A stretch of DNA of 64,000 nucleotides. Origin: Eremomyces bilateralis CBS 781.70 (Eukaryota). The stretch is taken from assembly GCA_010015585.1 (NCBI GenBank), contig ML975154.1; one strand, given 5' to 3'. Below are positions 35,939-48,269 of the stretch, piece after piece (the stretch's first letter is position 1; each line of letters starts with the position of its first letter). Under the pieces are notes generated by a model. That model was not told the origin of the DNA and made no database searches. It saw only the letters and a program-made list of their open reading frames with translations. The translations under genes were made by a program, and so were the position numbers.

Positions 35939-36493
35939 ATGGAAATCCTAATTGGAAATGGCTGCAAGCGACGCATCGTCCATCTCCCCGACAGCCATCT
36001 CTCTATCATTCTAGGCACAGGATATTATGCTCGGTCACTCTGCACGAAAGGCCTCGATCCACAGTTCCTCTTCATTCGCACACTTCAAAATACTCATCAG
36101 CCTCGAACCGTCAAAGCACCATCCCGAACCGGCCAATCGGACAATACGGCTTCAGCAGACGAGAAACTGAGCGGGGTTTGTACCGTCACGCCCTTCAAAC
36201 ATGCGCGTGGGAGGCTTGTAGACCTGCGTTTCGATAAGGATATGAAGTTCATTGCAGCCTACACTACCCTTGTTGCAGCTAAAGATGCCGAACATGCCCT
36301 CGAACATACCAGGTTCGAAACCGTTACCGATGGAGACCCTGCAGAGTGGTGGCTAATGGTGAGGGTTGGCTCTAATGATAGAAGAGAGAGGAAAACTGCC
36401 AACCATCAACTTCGTCAGGCGCGTCAGATCCGTTGGGTGCTTCCAGCAAGAATCGCTAGCGAAATCCTGGGGGAACTTGTGATCGAGGACTAA
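35939..36493 (+). CDS. Hypothetical protein (orphan)
   Basis: Open frame of about 184 codons from ATG 35939; no recognisable motif. Confidence 0.3.
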   Translation: MEILIGNGCKRRIVHLPDSHLSIILGTGYYARSLCTKGLDPQFLFIRTLQNTHQPRTVKAPSRTGQSDNTASADEKLSGVCTVTPFKHARGRLVDLRFDKDMKFIAAYTTLVAAKDAEHALEHTRFETVTDGDPAEWWLMVRVGSNDRRERKTANHQLRQARQIRWVLPARIASEILGELVIED

Positions 36494-39400
36494 AAGATGG
36501 GATCCTTCTGAAGAACACAAATGAGTGCAGTTGACGACGATTGCAAATGAGTCCAGCAGTTTCACAACCGTGAATTGTTGCTACCGATCCCGCCTGTTGC
36601 TGGTGCGCGGCGCTACGTGCTTCTTCAAGAAGTTGCACGGAGCCCATTGTCGCCTCTAGCTCGTTCTGCAACTCCGGGGTATCCGTGAATGACAACATCG
36701 ATGATGGAGAGACGCTTTCGAAGTTTTCGAGAGTGCAGAGGACGAGTACCGTGCGAGCGACACGTCTGATGCAACATAATTGTCAGGACGTGTGGAGGTA
36801 AGAAGGGACGAGAAGATGGGGGGCTGGTTTTCATACAATTTGAGTTCGCCATACTGCCCTGAAACCCTCTAATGGGAAATCAGACGCTGTGCGTGGCTCT
36901 CAGCGCTGACAGTATGGACGGAATGACGACCTCAACCGACCGGGCTACGCCTACAATGTAGTTCAAAACTAAAATCGCGAGAATGAGATGGCACGCCAGT
37001 ACCAAAACATCCATAATTGGCGAGGAAGGGTATATATAGAGGCGCGTCGCGGATTCTCCGGCCACGTCGTTTTGGAAGGTGACGAGGCAGTGTATACAGT
37101 GAATATTGAAGAAGCCTATGTTCACCTGCGATCTTATTTGCCCCGTTGGTTTCACTTCATTCTCTCCTTCCAAGCCCTGGTGAGGTTTCGGAATTTCGAT
37201 AACACAAAACAACCCCCGCTGCCTCGCGATCTTATCCGGGCCGGGGACGGCGAGTGCAGCTGGTCTTCGCCATAGGCGAAAGGGGCGTTCAGGGGAGCGG
37301 GCTCCTCGAATTGTATATAGCAGTCGAAGTAGTGATGCATATATAAAAACCGGGAAAGACTGGGATATATATGGAAGAGTGTTTGGCCGAAGAAGAAGAT
37401 GAAGTTGGAAGGGTGAGTTGAGTTGGAAGAGCGGAGATGTTAATAGAATCCCAGTCGTTGGACTTTTAAGCAGGAGCATGCTTTCAGAGGATTCTGGGAA
37501 TGGTAAACGCGCTGGCAAACGGAGCAGCGGACATGAGACGGGAGGGAAGTGTTTTACCATTTCCCAACAACGGGTAGACGCCGATGCCAGCGTATCGTGC
37601 CAATAGATGTGCGCAAAGGATCGAAGAAGACGTGGAGATGGGATAGGATTTCATGCGCTGTAGCTCTTAGGGACGGCAGGTTCCAAGGAGGAGGATGATG
37701 ATGTCGATGGTGATGTATCAAATTTTCTATCTACAGCAGACCATCAGAATGGTACCGATATGGGCTAATAGAGCAAATATCCGTGGCGGTCGGTTGCCAA
37801 AGCCAGCACGACACGCAAGGTGTCACCAGTGGACGAGCATATTGGACTTTGAAGTCTATTCCACCTCTGCCAACCAGACTGGCCTGCCTCGTTACGAAGC
37901 CGTACTCTGTAGTCTTCACATAGCATCCATGGACTGCGTCCAAAGCAAGCGTCTACAACCACACGTCAGAAAAGTTCAGCCAAGAAGAATCCAACAGTGT
38001 GTATGGGAAGACTCGTATCAGAATAGGCCCGGTCAGGGGCCATTCTCATCAATGCCGAAATAAATCGGCTATGTCGACCGTCGTGAGAGAAAAATAAAAT
38101 CATCATCTAAGGATAATAGAACTATCCGCGAAGAGAGAAGAAAACAATAAGTATGCACTTACGTTTGCCTATAGTGATTCGAGGTCAACGAGCGAAGAGG
38201 CGCTGCATGGTTTCACCCTGGGAAACAGTCAGATCAAAGCTTGGACTTGATAAAAGATAGCATGGTGGTGAGAAGGGGATGTTCAGGAAAGAATTTGTGT
38301 CTGCATCGCGAACTGCAAGCAGAACGCTAAGCCATATGCTTGTAATTCGGAAAAGTTCATCAGGTGATTGAGGCATGGAGTAGTGGCAGGCTTACCATAA
38401 GACCATCTCGCGAAGAGATTCGAAGTGCGACGGAGTTCCTCGTCGAGTTGACCATCTCGAATGCACTAGTCTGACCAGGCGATGTTAGTGATGATCTAGC
38501 ACAACGTCATATTTGGAAAATAATTGGCTCAATATGGATCAGAGGTTGACATGAATGGTTATTAAAAAAATTGTGTCTTCAAAGATGGACTCGGACTCGT
38601 CATCTAGTCTCATCACAAAAAGGCAGGTGGAAAAGCGAGATAGTTGAACATACCGTATGTGCATTTGAATTGGATATGTAATCTCTAGCTACACCGTTCG
38701 GGACTGGCCTTTCAACCCAGAACGCGCCAACCCGCATTCGTCCCTCCTGCCGTGAAGCAGCCCTGCAAAGGCTTAGCACACTGTGACCAGCCAAAAGCAT
38801 CCGAGTGACAATGTATGGCGCCGAATCAGTGGGCGAGGTTTTCTAGGCCTGCCACAAAAGGGCGTGTCCGTCATGAAGAATCGGAGCCCAGTGCCATTCA
38901 TCATTCGACGAGGAGGGAGAATCGAATGGGAAGTAAACGGACCATTGATGCCGATGTTCACCTACTACGCCTGGTTGATGTCAGAATAAACTCGGAAAGT
39001 GTATAATGCAAGAATGTGGTGAGATGGGAGTATCATCAGAAACAGCCTCTTTAACTGTCGGCATCAACCCAAAGGTCTAAGTCGGTAATTTCCAGTATAT
39101 AAAGAAAATCATCATGAAAGGTGGAGTGGGTGGGTAAAACAAGGTTGGTACATACCGAAGCGAGATTTTTGGTAGAACCGGATTGATCATTCCTACAATA
39201 TCTTGTGGCCGTTAGCTTGACTGAGCTTAGGAAAGCAGCGAGAAATGAGGTATCATGTCGGTCGATATCAGACTGACGTGTGTGCAATGAGTTTCATGTC
39301 CCGAAGGATCAAAGACTCTAGTTTAGCGGTTGACAATTCATCAGGGAAGGGAAGGAGAGGTATTTCGACGTGGTAACTGTGATACTTACGATTTGGAAGA

Positions 39401-39609
39401 CTTGCCCTCATTTCCATGAGGGAAGCATGATCATTTACATGATGAAGGATCCAAGATCTAAAAGATCATCAAAGGGTTGATGATCGATCTCTTGCCCAAG
39501 AACCAATATTCGGTTTAGCGAAATGGGATGTTTTGGGTGATGAAGTTCGCAAGTTCCCAAACACAAAAAAAGAGTTTTCTAGACGATGCCAAGACAAGTA
39601 GCTCTCATA

Positions 39610-40160
39610 TCACGTGCATGCCCCGCTGAATCATGGGTTGAGTCACGTGTTCCATCACGTGGTCCTAACGTTTCGTCTTCACGCTGATTGGTGGCACAAC
39701 ACCACCACAACCCCTAGCATCCGAACCGGCAGATGTCTCTTCCACTCCGAGAAAGAATTCCAGAATGCCATTTCCTGCGGGATTATTACCGTATCTTCCT
39801 ACCCGACCCGAATCCTCCATTAGGTCCGAATCACCGGAACATTTCGGGTAAGTTTGCGTTTCACCTGTCAAAGTCCGCATCGTAGCCTAGCCAACAACCA
39901 ATGGGCCACTCTGGACCACTGGTGCGGCTGCGAAACGGAACGACGTCAGACGGGTCACCACCCCGCGGCTGCTGAATGGGGCGGGTGGAATGAGAGATAT
40001 CATCACGCGGGGTGGTAGAATGGCTAGACGCGGAGCGTTGAACATTGATACAAAAGGGCTGGAGGGTCGTTGGTCTACTTATACATGTTCAAACAGAGTT
40101 GAAACTTTCCAATTGACACTTCGCCGTGACGTGGTTCATCGTGCTGATCGTTCTGGGGCT
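39610..40160 (+). promoter_or_regulatory. fbp1 upstream region with gluconeogenic-type sites
   Basis: CGG-N7-CGG (CCG-N7-CCG reversed) at 39835-39847 overlaps TCC-N8-GGA at 39825-39838. Three CACGTG at 39611, 39644 and 39656. SYGGRG sites at about 39961, 40007, 40059 and 40153. Confidence 0.5.
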
Positions 40161-40401
40161 TGGTGAACTTTCAATAGTGGAAATACTGGGTACCTTTCAA
40201 CCGAGGCCCTCTCGTCATATAACAACCTGATCCCGATCCATCAATCCGGGAGTTTCCTGGGTGTACGGAGGCACGCATTTCCACGACATCAACTTCCTCT
40301 CACTCCTGCATTCCTTCTAGATCGTGACCTCTTGCCATTGAATCACCATCGTCTACCCGAAACCGCTTCTCATCATCGATCTGTCCTAGATTACCTTCAA
40401 C

Positions 40402-41637
40402 ATGGCGGACACAAACGGCAGCGGCAACGGCAACGGCAACACCGTGGGAGTCGGGACGGAGAACATCAACACTGAAATCATCACGTTGACGCGGTTCCTG
40501 ACCGAAGAGCAAACCAAGCACAAGGAGGCTACCGGTGACTTCACGTCCGTATCCCTACTCTCAACCCTTCCCACCGCAAGCTAACCGATGCATCAGATTA
40601 CTGTGCCATGCCCTCCAATTCGCATTCAAGAGTATAGCCTACTACATCCGCCGCTCCACCCTCATCAACGTAAGGCGCCCCTCCCCCCTCCTCGGAACCA
40701 CCCACTAACCCCACCCAGCTCACCGGCCTCGCCGGCTCCTCCAACACTACCGGCGACGACCAAAAGAAACTCGACGTCATCGGCAACGACATCTTCATCG
40801 CTGCCATGCGCTCCTGCGCGCGCGTCCGCGTCCTCGTGTCCGAAGAAGAAGAAGAATGCATCGTATTCCCCGCCGGCCCGAACGCACGCTACGCCGTCGT
40901 CTGCGACCCCATCGACGGGTCCTCGAACCTCGACGCCGGTGTCTCCGTCGGCACCATCTTCGGCGTGTATCTCCTCGGCGAGGACGCCGCGGGGACGAAG
41001 GAGGATCTGCTGAAGCCCGGGTCCGAGCTGGTGGCGAGCGGGTTCACGATGTATGGCGCATCGGCGCAGTTGGTGATCACGATGCGGGGGGGCGGGGTGA
41101 ATGGGTTTACGCTGGACAATGCGTTGGGGGAGTTTATCCTGACGCATCCGGAGATGCGGATTCCAAAGACGCGGGCGATTTACTCGGTCAATGAAGGGAA
41201 TAGTCTGTATTGGGAAGAGCCAGTGAAGGAATATGTGAATAGCTTGAAGTATCCGGGCGAGGGCGGGAAGCCGTACAGCGCGAGGTATATTGGGTCCATG
41301 GTGGCGGATGCGTACCGTACGCTGTTGTATGGAGGCATCTTCGCGTATCCGGCGGATAAGAAGAGCCCGAAGGGCAAGTTGAGGATTCTATACGAGTGCG
41401 CGCCTATGGGGTTGGTGTTTGAGAACGGTAAGCTTGCCTCACGCGGATCAAGACAGAGAAATATGAAGAACGAAAAGGCTAACACACATCGCAGCCGGTG
41501 GTCAGGCGATCGATAGCAACATGAAGAGGATGCTCGACGTCGTGCCGGAGCACATCCATGATCGATCGGGCATCTTCATGGGCAGCTGGGACGAGGTGCA
41601 GAAGGTGGTTGACATCCACAAGAAGCACGGATATTAG
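40402..41637 (+). CDS. fbp1: Fructose-1,6-bisphosphatase class I
   Basis: Motifs GDDQKKLDV, VSEE, DPIDGSSNLD, RYIGSMVAD.YRTL.YGG and GKLRILYECAPM. Introns 40545-40596, 40670-40718 and 41428-41494. Confidence 0.96.
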
Positions 41638-43310
41638 ACGAACAGTGAGATGAAGCAACGTGATGGAGACAGGAACCACTGCTCATCGAGTGAAGATGCC
41701 TGATGAACCGACATCGGTGATAGGAGAACCTGCTACTGGCAGGTATACAACAAAACAAATTGAGGCCATCCACATACCTCCAAGGAATGACCAATGATAG
41801 CCAAACAGGCAAAAGTCACATATAACCGAAATATATACTTCCCAATATTCTCTTGAACCCGTCTCGACTCTCAAGAGAAATCGAAGCTTTCCTCTGGCGT
41901 CCGCTTGGCGATAGACAAGATAAATCCCGCATTACCGACGGCCGTTGATGCGCCTGTCATGCACGACCAAACCGTCACGGATTGAGCACCAATCACCCCC
42001 CAACCACCCAACATCGTCCGTTGCCAGTTGCCGGCCACTTGACATGGTCAGAAATGTGACCAACATTGAGGAGTGACGGGACTGCAGATAAATTGGCCCC
42101 GGTTGGAGCCCTATCGAGGCCATCTGCCCAATTGCAAGGCAGAGGGGAATAAATGAAATCCAGACGAGAAGGATTCGACGACATCCCTTCAGTCAACAAG
42201 TGACGGAATCTCCAAAAGATCCATCAGCTTTGGGGATTGAACATCTCACGCCTTTGCCCTTTGTAGATCTAATTAAAAGACCTCGGCGGCTAAACGGTGC
42301 TGCTCACTGGAAGGCTGGATCGCGGGCCGTCACGAACCACAACCACTCCACTCTCCACTTCACCTTCTCTTCAGTCTTCACCACTTCCATGATCCATCAC
42401 CACCACCATGACACAGTCGGTCTAGAGCTTGTTTGAGGTTGTACGAACAAACCAAAACTTTCCTCGCTAGGGAAAAAAAAAGCCGACGAGGAACCCTGTA
42501 TAAAATGCATTAGATCAGGACAAGTCCGTTCCATACGACCACAATAATGAGTAAACCCTGGAGACGCCACCAACATTCACCAACATCTCCTCTCCATGCC
42601 TCATCGACTCCATCCCGCCTTTACCTCGAATGACTCCCATATTCCGTTCGGGAGTCCGCAAGCTGACCAATCAGTTATCGGAGTCGTAAGATGGATTCCT
42701 TCACTTCGTTTGCGATTCCCCATGTGTCTAGGTATGTGGTCGGAATCCGTCCGGCCTGCCCTTGGCCTCCTGCCCTTGGCAGCTGGGATTCCTTATGAGC
42801 TGGGGAGTACGGCGTCTCCATAGTACTGGGCATATTCGAAGGCCTTGGCGTACGATTTCAAGGACTTCCAACCAATTCATTCCGCGGTGTATCATTACAA
42901 AGTTCTACTAAGAGCAGCGATTGGCAAAGCTGGGGTCTGATATCTCGCCCAGAAGAGCCTCGCCGATACTGACCTCCGCCCCGCCGAGTATCAGAATCGG
43001 GCCTAGTAGCGTGTGCCACTCGGTGCAGACGTGCAGATTGGCACCGAAACAGCCGCTGGGAACACAGGGAGACAGGCACAGTCGGCAGTGATGCGATCCA
43101 CGGTCAAGAGATCGTCCCTGTCACCAATCCAATCGTATTGTCCCAACGCCAAACCTTCCAGGTCCCGCACGACGTGGGCGAACAGGTCGTAGAACCACCG
43201 CCATACAGATCCCAACCTCCAAACTCCACCAACCAACCGCGCTTCGCTAAACCGTTGTTCCTAACCTGTTGGACTTTCTGCAGAGACGAGAAGGCGTCTA
43301 ACTCACTTCC

Positions 43311-46300
43311 ATGGCTGCCCATCATGGCGCCAGCGCCCTCTTCATCCCCCCTCCTCCTCCACCGACGGGCGCGCATGAACATCGCTCGACCTCGAACTCT
43401 CCTCATTCCGCATACCGGTCCGCGACAACTCCAACCTTCGCCGCCTGGACGAGCAACAGTCACATTGCTTCGCCCAATCCGTCCAATATCACCTCCAATT
43501 ACTCCCCTTCCTCGACCATCGCGCCTCCACCACCCGGACCACCAACCCATCCTCCCTCCACCAACACCAGTCCCCGCCGCCTCAATCCACCACCCCGTCT
43601 CCCAACCATCACGACCACCTCCCTTCCCGGCCCCCCTCCAGCCAGCCCCATCCCCTCTTCGGCCATCTCGACCACCACCTCCCTGCACACCCCGACCGTC
43701 CTCCAATATCACCAACATCTCCCCCATCACCTCCACCCGCTCTCGCCCGCACCGTCCCAGACCCCCATCTCCGCCACCAGCTTAATTACCCCGTTCTCCC
43801 CGTATGCGGTCGCTCCGCCCCCTACATCGGCCGTTCCGTCAGCTGCGTCGAGAGGGAACTCGCCCATGGCGATGAGGCCGGCCGCAAATGTTCTGCAGGC
43901 GTATAATCCGCAGGAATGGGCGAGGGGGAGCGGTGGGGGGAGTGGGAGTGCGAGTGGGAGTGGGAATGGGCCGGCGGTGATGGGCCATGGAGGGTATGTA
44001 CCGCATCGGGGGAGTTCGAGTGCGAGTGCGAGTGGGAGGCGGAGGACGAGTGAAGTCACAGGAATGGAAGGTATGTTCGGATATTATGTTTGTGCATGTT
44101 GAAGTCGGGTTACGACGTGGGCTGTGGAGAGAAGAACTACGATACTGAGTCGAGATACTGACCGACATTGCTCAACTAGCCAGTCTGCCATCACCACCTC
44201 CTCCATACAGCCCAGCTGGATCTTCCAACCGACCGATTTCCAGCGTCTTCCCGGCGTCATCCTACAGCTCTTCATCAAGAAACTCCACGGTAGTTTCTCC
44301 ACCTGAACCCAACCGTTCCTCACTTCATATGGTCGCAAGGAACTCACCAAGCTCGACATCAGGGCCAGCGTTCCCACCTCCACCAGGCACGACGCCTCGA
44401 GATCGGTCAACGTCGAGAAATCGGGACAAGCATAAGTTCTCGTTATCTGCATTGACATCACGAAATCGGAAGGAGGATGCACAGCCGAGCTTGGGTGCTA
44501 TCGATGCGCTACGGCAGCATACTACAGATGCGGTCTCAAGAACATCAGGCCCAAGTGCAACGCCACTCCCCTACCAGCAGTATGTCTAATTTCCGACATG
44601 GTACCTGACTGATCACCTAACCCATCTCCAGCCCCGATGATGTCCCGTTCGACGCTCATCCACCTGCCGCCCGTCGTGCCGCTTCAACCGGCTGTATCCC
44701 CGCCCACGGCACCGACACTCGCCAACGCGGGACCGACTCGCCATCAAATGTCTCCGTATCATCCGCCTGGGGGCCCGGCATGCCGCTCCCACCACCGCCC
44801 CCAGGACCACCGCCCAGCACATCTCGCTCCATGAGCATGGACCGCATCACCGAATACTCCACTCGTGACGTAATCCGGTTGAAGACACCCGCGCCCCGAC
44901 GACCGCCGAAAATCGTTTCCACGCTCGACCCGATACCGCCGACCCCGGCTGGGTGGGTGGACGGACAGTCGGAGACGCCTGGGTCGGGTGCTGCCGGCTT
45001 CGGAGAGCAGGGGCAGACGCCGCGGAGCGAATTCGACCACAGTCCGCAAACGGAGATCCATGTGGGAGGCGATCCCGGCCCGTCATCAAGGTCGGGGAGT
45101 CTGAATCGAACCGGGGCCACGCGAGGCATTAGAGAGAGGAGAAGCGAGTCAAGAGCGGCGAAGGAGCGGAGTCGTGATGCTGAGTCTCCCATCAGCAATA
45201 ACCCGTGGGCAGCGGACATGGAAGGATCGACCTCCGCCGCGGTTTCATCGAATATGCCGGCCGATCTTGTTTTGACACAACCCTCATCGTTTAGCTTGTC
45301 GAGACGCCGAAACGTGAAGTTACCGTCCCCGAAACTGGGACGAACATATATGCCAGAAGGACCGCGCCGGTCTAGTGTCGGACAAGACTCGAAACCTGAT
45401 GAATCAAGTGGGCCTGCTCTTCCGCCTAAAGAACCTCATGGCTCCCGCCCAGGGCTGGCCGCGCTGGTAATGCCACATAGCGGTTCTAGACCCGTCTCTC
45501 ACATTCTTCACTCCCCTAACGACGAGAATCTCAACATGGACCCGCTCATCCCATCAGGGCTCAATTCCACCAACTCCACCATATCTCCACGCAATGTCGA
45601 CGAGTCCGACTTCATCCGCTCCGCCCTCAATCGCCATAAAGAATTCATCCGCCGCGAAAGCCTCGCCAAAACCGACCGCGACCGTATCCAGCTCTTCGCC
45701 GACTTCATCGTCACCGAATCCCGGCTCCGTCGGGACCGATACGCCACCGCCTTCGACGGCATGGCAGGCGAAGTGCTCGACCTGACCCGCGATCTCTGGC
45801 GCTCCTACGGCAAAGCCATGCCCACCCCGACCGCCACCCCACACGCCGCCGAATCCGCTAACAAGCCCCAAAGCACCGTCACCGAGTCCTCCGTCGACAC
45901 ATTCGCCGGCAGCATGACCAGCCCCGGCATGTCCAGTGCCAACGCTACCCCGCTGACCGACGGAGAGTCCCCGGGCAGCCTCCCATCATCCGGCGGCGTG
46001 CGCGATTCGCGCTTCTGGGGTGAATATCATCCTTCCCTTTCGCCCATCCCAAGCATGCCCGCCCAGAGCAACGGGCCCGACGAGGAGGACTCCCGCGGCC
46101 GCACCGCGAGCAGGTGGTGGGAATCTTCCTCCTCCCAGGGGCCGGCTGGCCCGCGCATTGAGCGGTCGAAGCGCGAGAGCAAATACATGGGCGTCCCGCG
46201 GGAGGCGCGGGAGGAGCTGCAGTGGGGCTCCGCCGTGGAGCCGAGCTCGGAGGCATCGTTGCAGGCGGGACCGCCGGCTGTGGCGATGGCGAATAAGCAG

Positions 46301-47722
46301 CCGGTTGCAGAATATGGGCCGAATGAGTACCCGCCGGAGAAGGTCGGGTGGCATGAGACGTTGCCATTGGCCGGGGCGAGCAATTCAAATCAGACATATT
46401 GGTCGCATTCAGCGCCGGCGACGCCGGATCCGCATAAACTAGACGTATCGCGGCTAGTGACTCTGCCGCCGCCGTATCCGCGTCATCATCCAGCGGTGAA
46501 CAACAACCATCCAGACCTAGCGCCGATACGGACGATTTACCGCACCTTGGCGGACATGGACGACATCCATCAGGTGGAGGAGAAGTTCCAACTCGAGCGG
46601 GCGCAGGTCCGTGAACAGCGGAACCACGACGCGCTGGAGCGGCGGAAGTCACTCCGCCGCAACATCGAGACGCAGCTGGCGTCGCAGATCATGACGTATT
46701 CGGATGCGGCGGGGGCGGAGGCGAACTTCGAGTCGACGGAGGGGCAGGTGGTGCGGGATGCGGCGAAGGAGGACTTTGCGGCGCATCAGAATGCGGTGAT
46801 GAAGCCGCTAGAGGCGTTACTCAAGGAGCGGATCACCAAGGCGGCGGCGAGCATCGAGCATCTGCGGTCGGGGCTGTTCAACGACGCTCAGAGCCGGTCG
46901 CCGAACCAGCCGCAGGAAGAGGGCGACGAGCGGCCGGAGTTGTTGGAGAAGCTGACGTTGCTGAAGTGGCTGTTCGAGGCGCGGGAGGCGCTGCATCGCG
47001 AGCTGTTCATGCTGGAGGGACAGCATAACGAGCTGTACAAACCCGTCGTGGTAACCCCGTACGTGCTCGCGCAGAACAACGAGAAGGTGCGCGAGGTCGA
47101 GCATTTCTTCCGGCAGGATGCGGCGGATCGGAAGGTCGCGTTCGAGAAAGCGTCCGTCAAGCGCCTCGAGGAGTTCATGGCGGTGGTGGAGGAGAACGTG
47201 ACGCGCGGCGTGGAGGTGCAGCTCAGCGCCTTCTGGGACATCGCGCCGGGCCTGCTGGCAATCGTGCAGAAAGTCCCGAGCACGCAGGAGGGGCTGCGCG
47301 GGTTCGAGGTGCTAGTCCCGCCGCAGGAATACGCGGAGAATGAAGCCTACGACCATCATCCGCTACAGTACCTGTACACGGTGCTGCTGCACGCGGAGAA
47401 GTCGGCGTACCAGTTCATCGAGAGCCAAACGAACCTGCTGTGCTTGCTGCACGAGGTGAAGACGGCGGTGATGTTGGCGGAGAGTAAGTTGGTAGAGACG
47501 GCGCGGGTGATGGAGGGGGAGCGGAAGGAGGAAGTGGAGCAGGAGATGAGCATGATTCGGAAGGCGGAGGAGGGGACGTTGACCGTGGATTTGAAGGAGA
47601 AGGTGGATGTTGTGGAGGGGCAGTGGAGGGAGGCGTTGGGAGCGAGGTTGAGGGAGTGTCGGGGGCGGGTGGAGCGGTATTTGGGGGAGACTGGTGGATG
47701 GGAGGATGGGTTGAGGGATTGA
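43311..47722 (+). CDS. Large proline-rich hypothetical protein with helical C-terminal domain
   Basis: Exons 43311-44070, 44180-44579 and 44632-47722 join in frame via GTATGT…AG introns. Blocks SRGRTASRWWE, LDVSRLVTLPPPYPRHHPAVNNNHP and ERPELLEKLTLLKWLFE.RE. Confidence 0.85.
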
Positions 47723-48269
47723 AGCGTTTGATTGAGCGGGTCGAAAAGGTTCTTCTTGGATGTTTAGAGCGATCTATGAATCGATTTGGAGTGTACGTCT
47801 TGACGAAGTTTATGATACCCTCTTGTTCAGTGCTGGACGATATCCGTTGGAGCCTTATAAATAGCTTTTCGACACGTATATTTATTTATTGAAGTCCGCT
47901 ATGCTTGGATACCAGTTGTCCCTTTCGCGAAGACATCAGGTGCTTTCGGTGCGTCGTCCAGAACCATGGTTGGAATATATAACCTGTCGCTATGACAGAA
48001 CACCATTGACAAATTCGCCTTCTAAGAAATTTGGGACGCCCATTCAAATCCGTGATATAGAAAAATCTAAGTAGTATAGTATTTGAGGTCGTGTGTCTCT
48101 TAGCCTAGCTTCGACCATCCTCCGTTCTGGAGCATTGTCTCTTCAGTGCTTTCAGTCAAACTCATCTATGCGAGAATTGTCCGAGGACATGGCATTCTGA
48201 GATGACAATAGTCTCACCTCCGCAGGAGAACATTCTTCGATTCCATGCCATATTACCGTATACATATAT

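Noticed and set aside
39439..39630. ATGATGA as a C/D snoRNA box
   Set aside because: No suitably spaced CTGA D box or terminal stem.
40545..40550. Unusual GTCCGT donor in fbp1 as an error or frameshift
   Set aside because: Splicing at this GT restores the conserved DFTLLCHALQF, so it is an ordinary weak donor.
42531..42545. CATACGACCA resembling the 5' end of fungal 5S rRNA
   Set aside because: The match is about 10 nt and the rest of 5S is absent.
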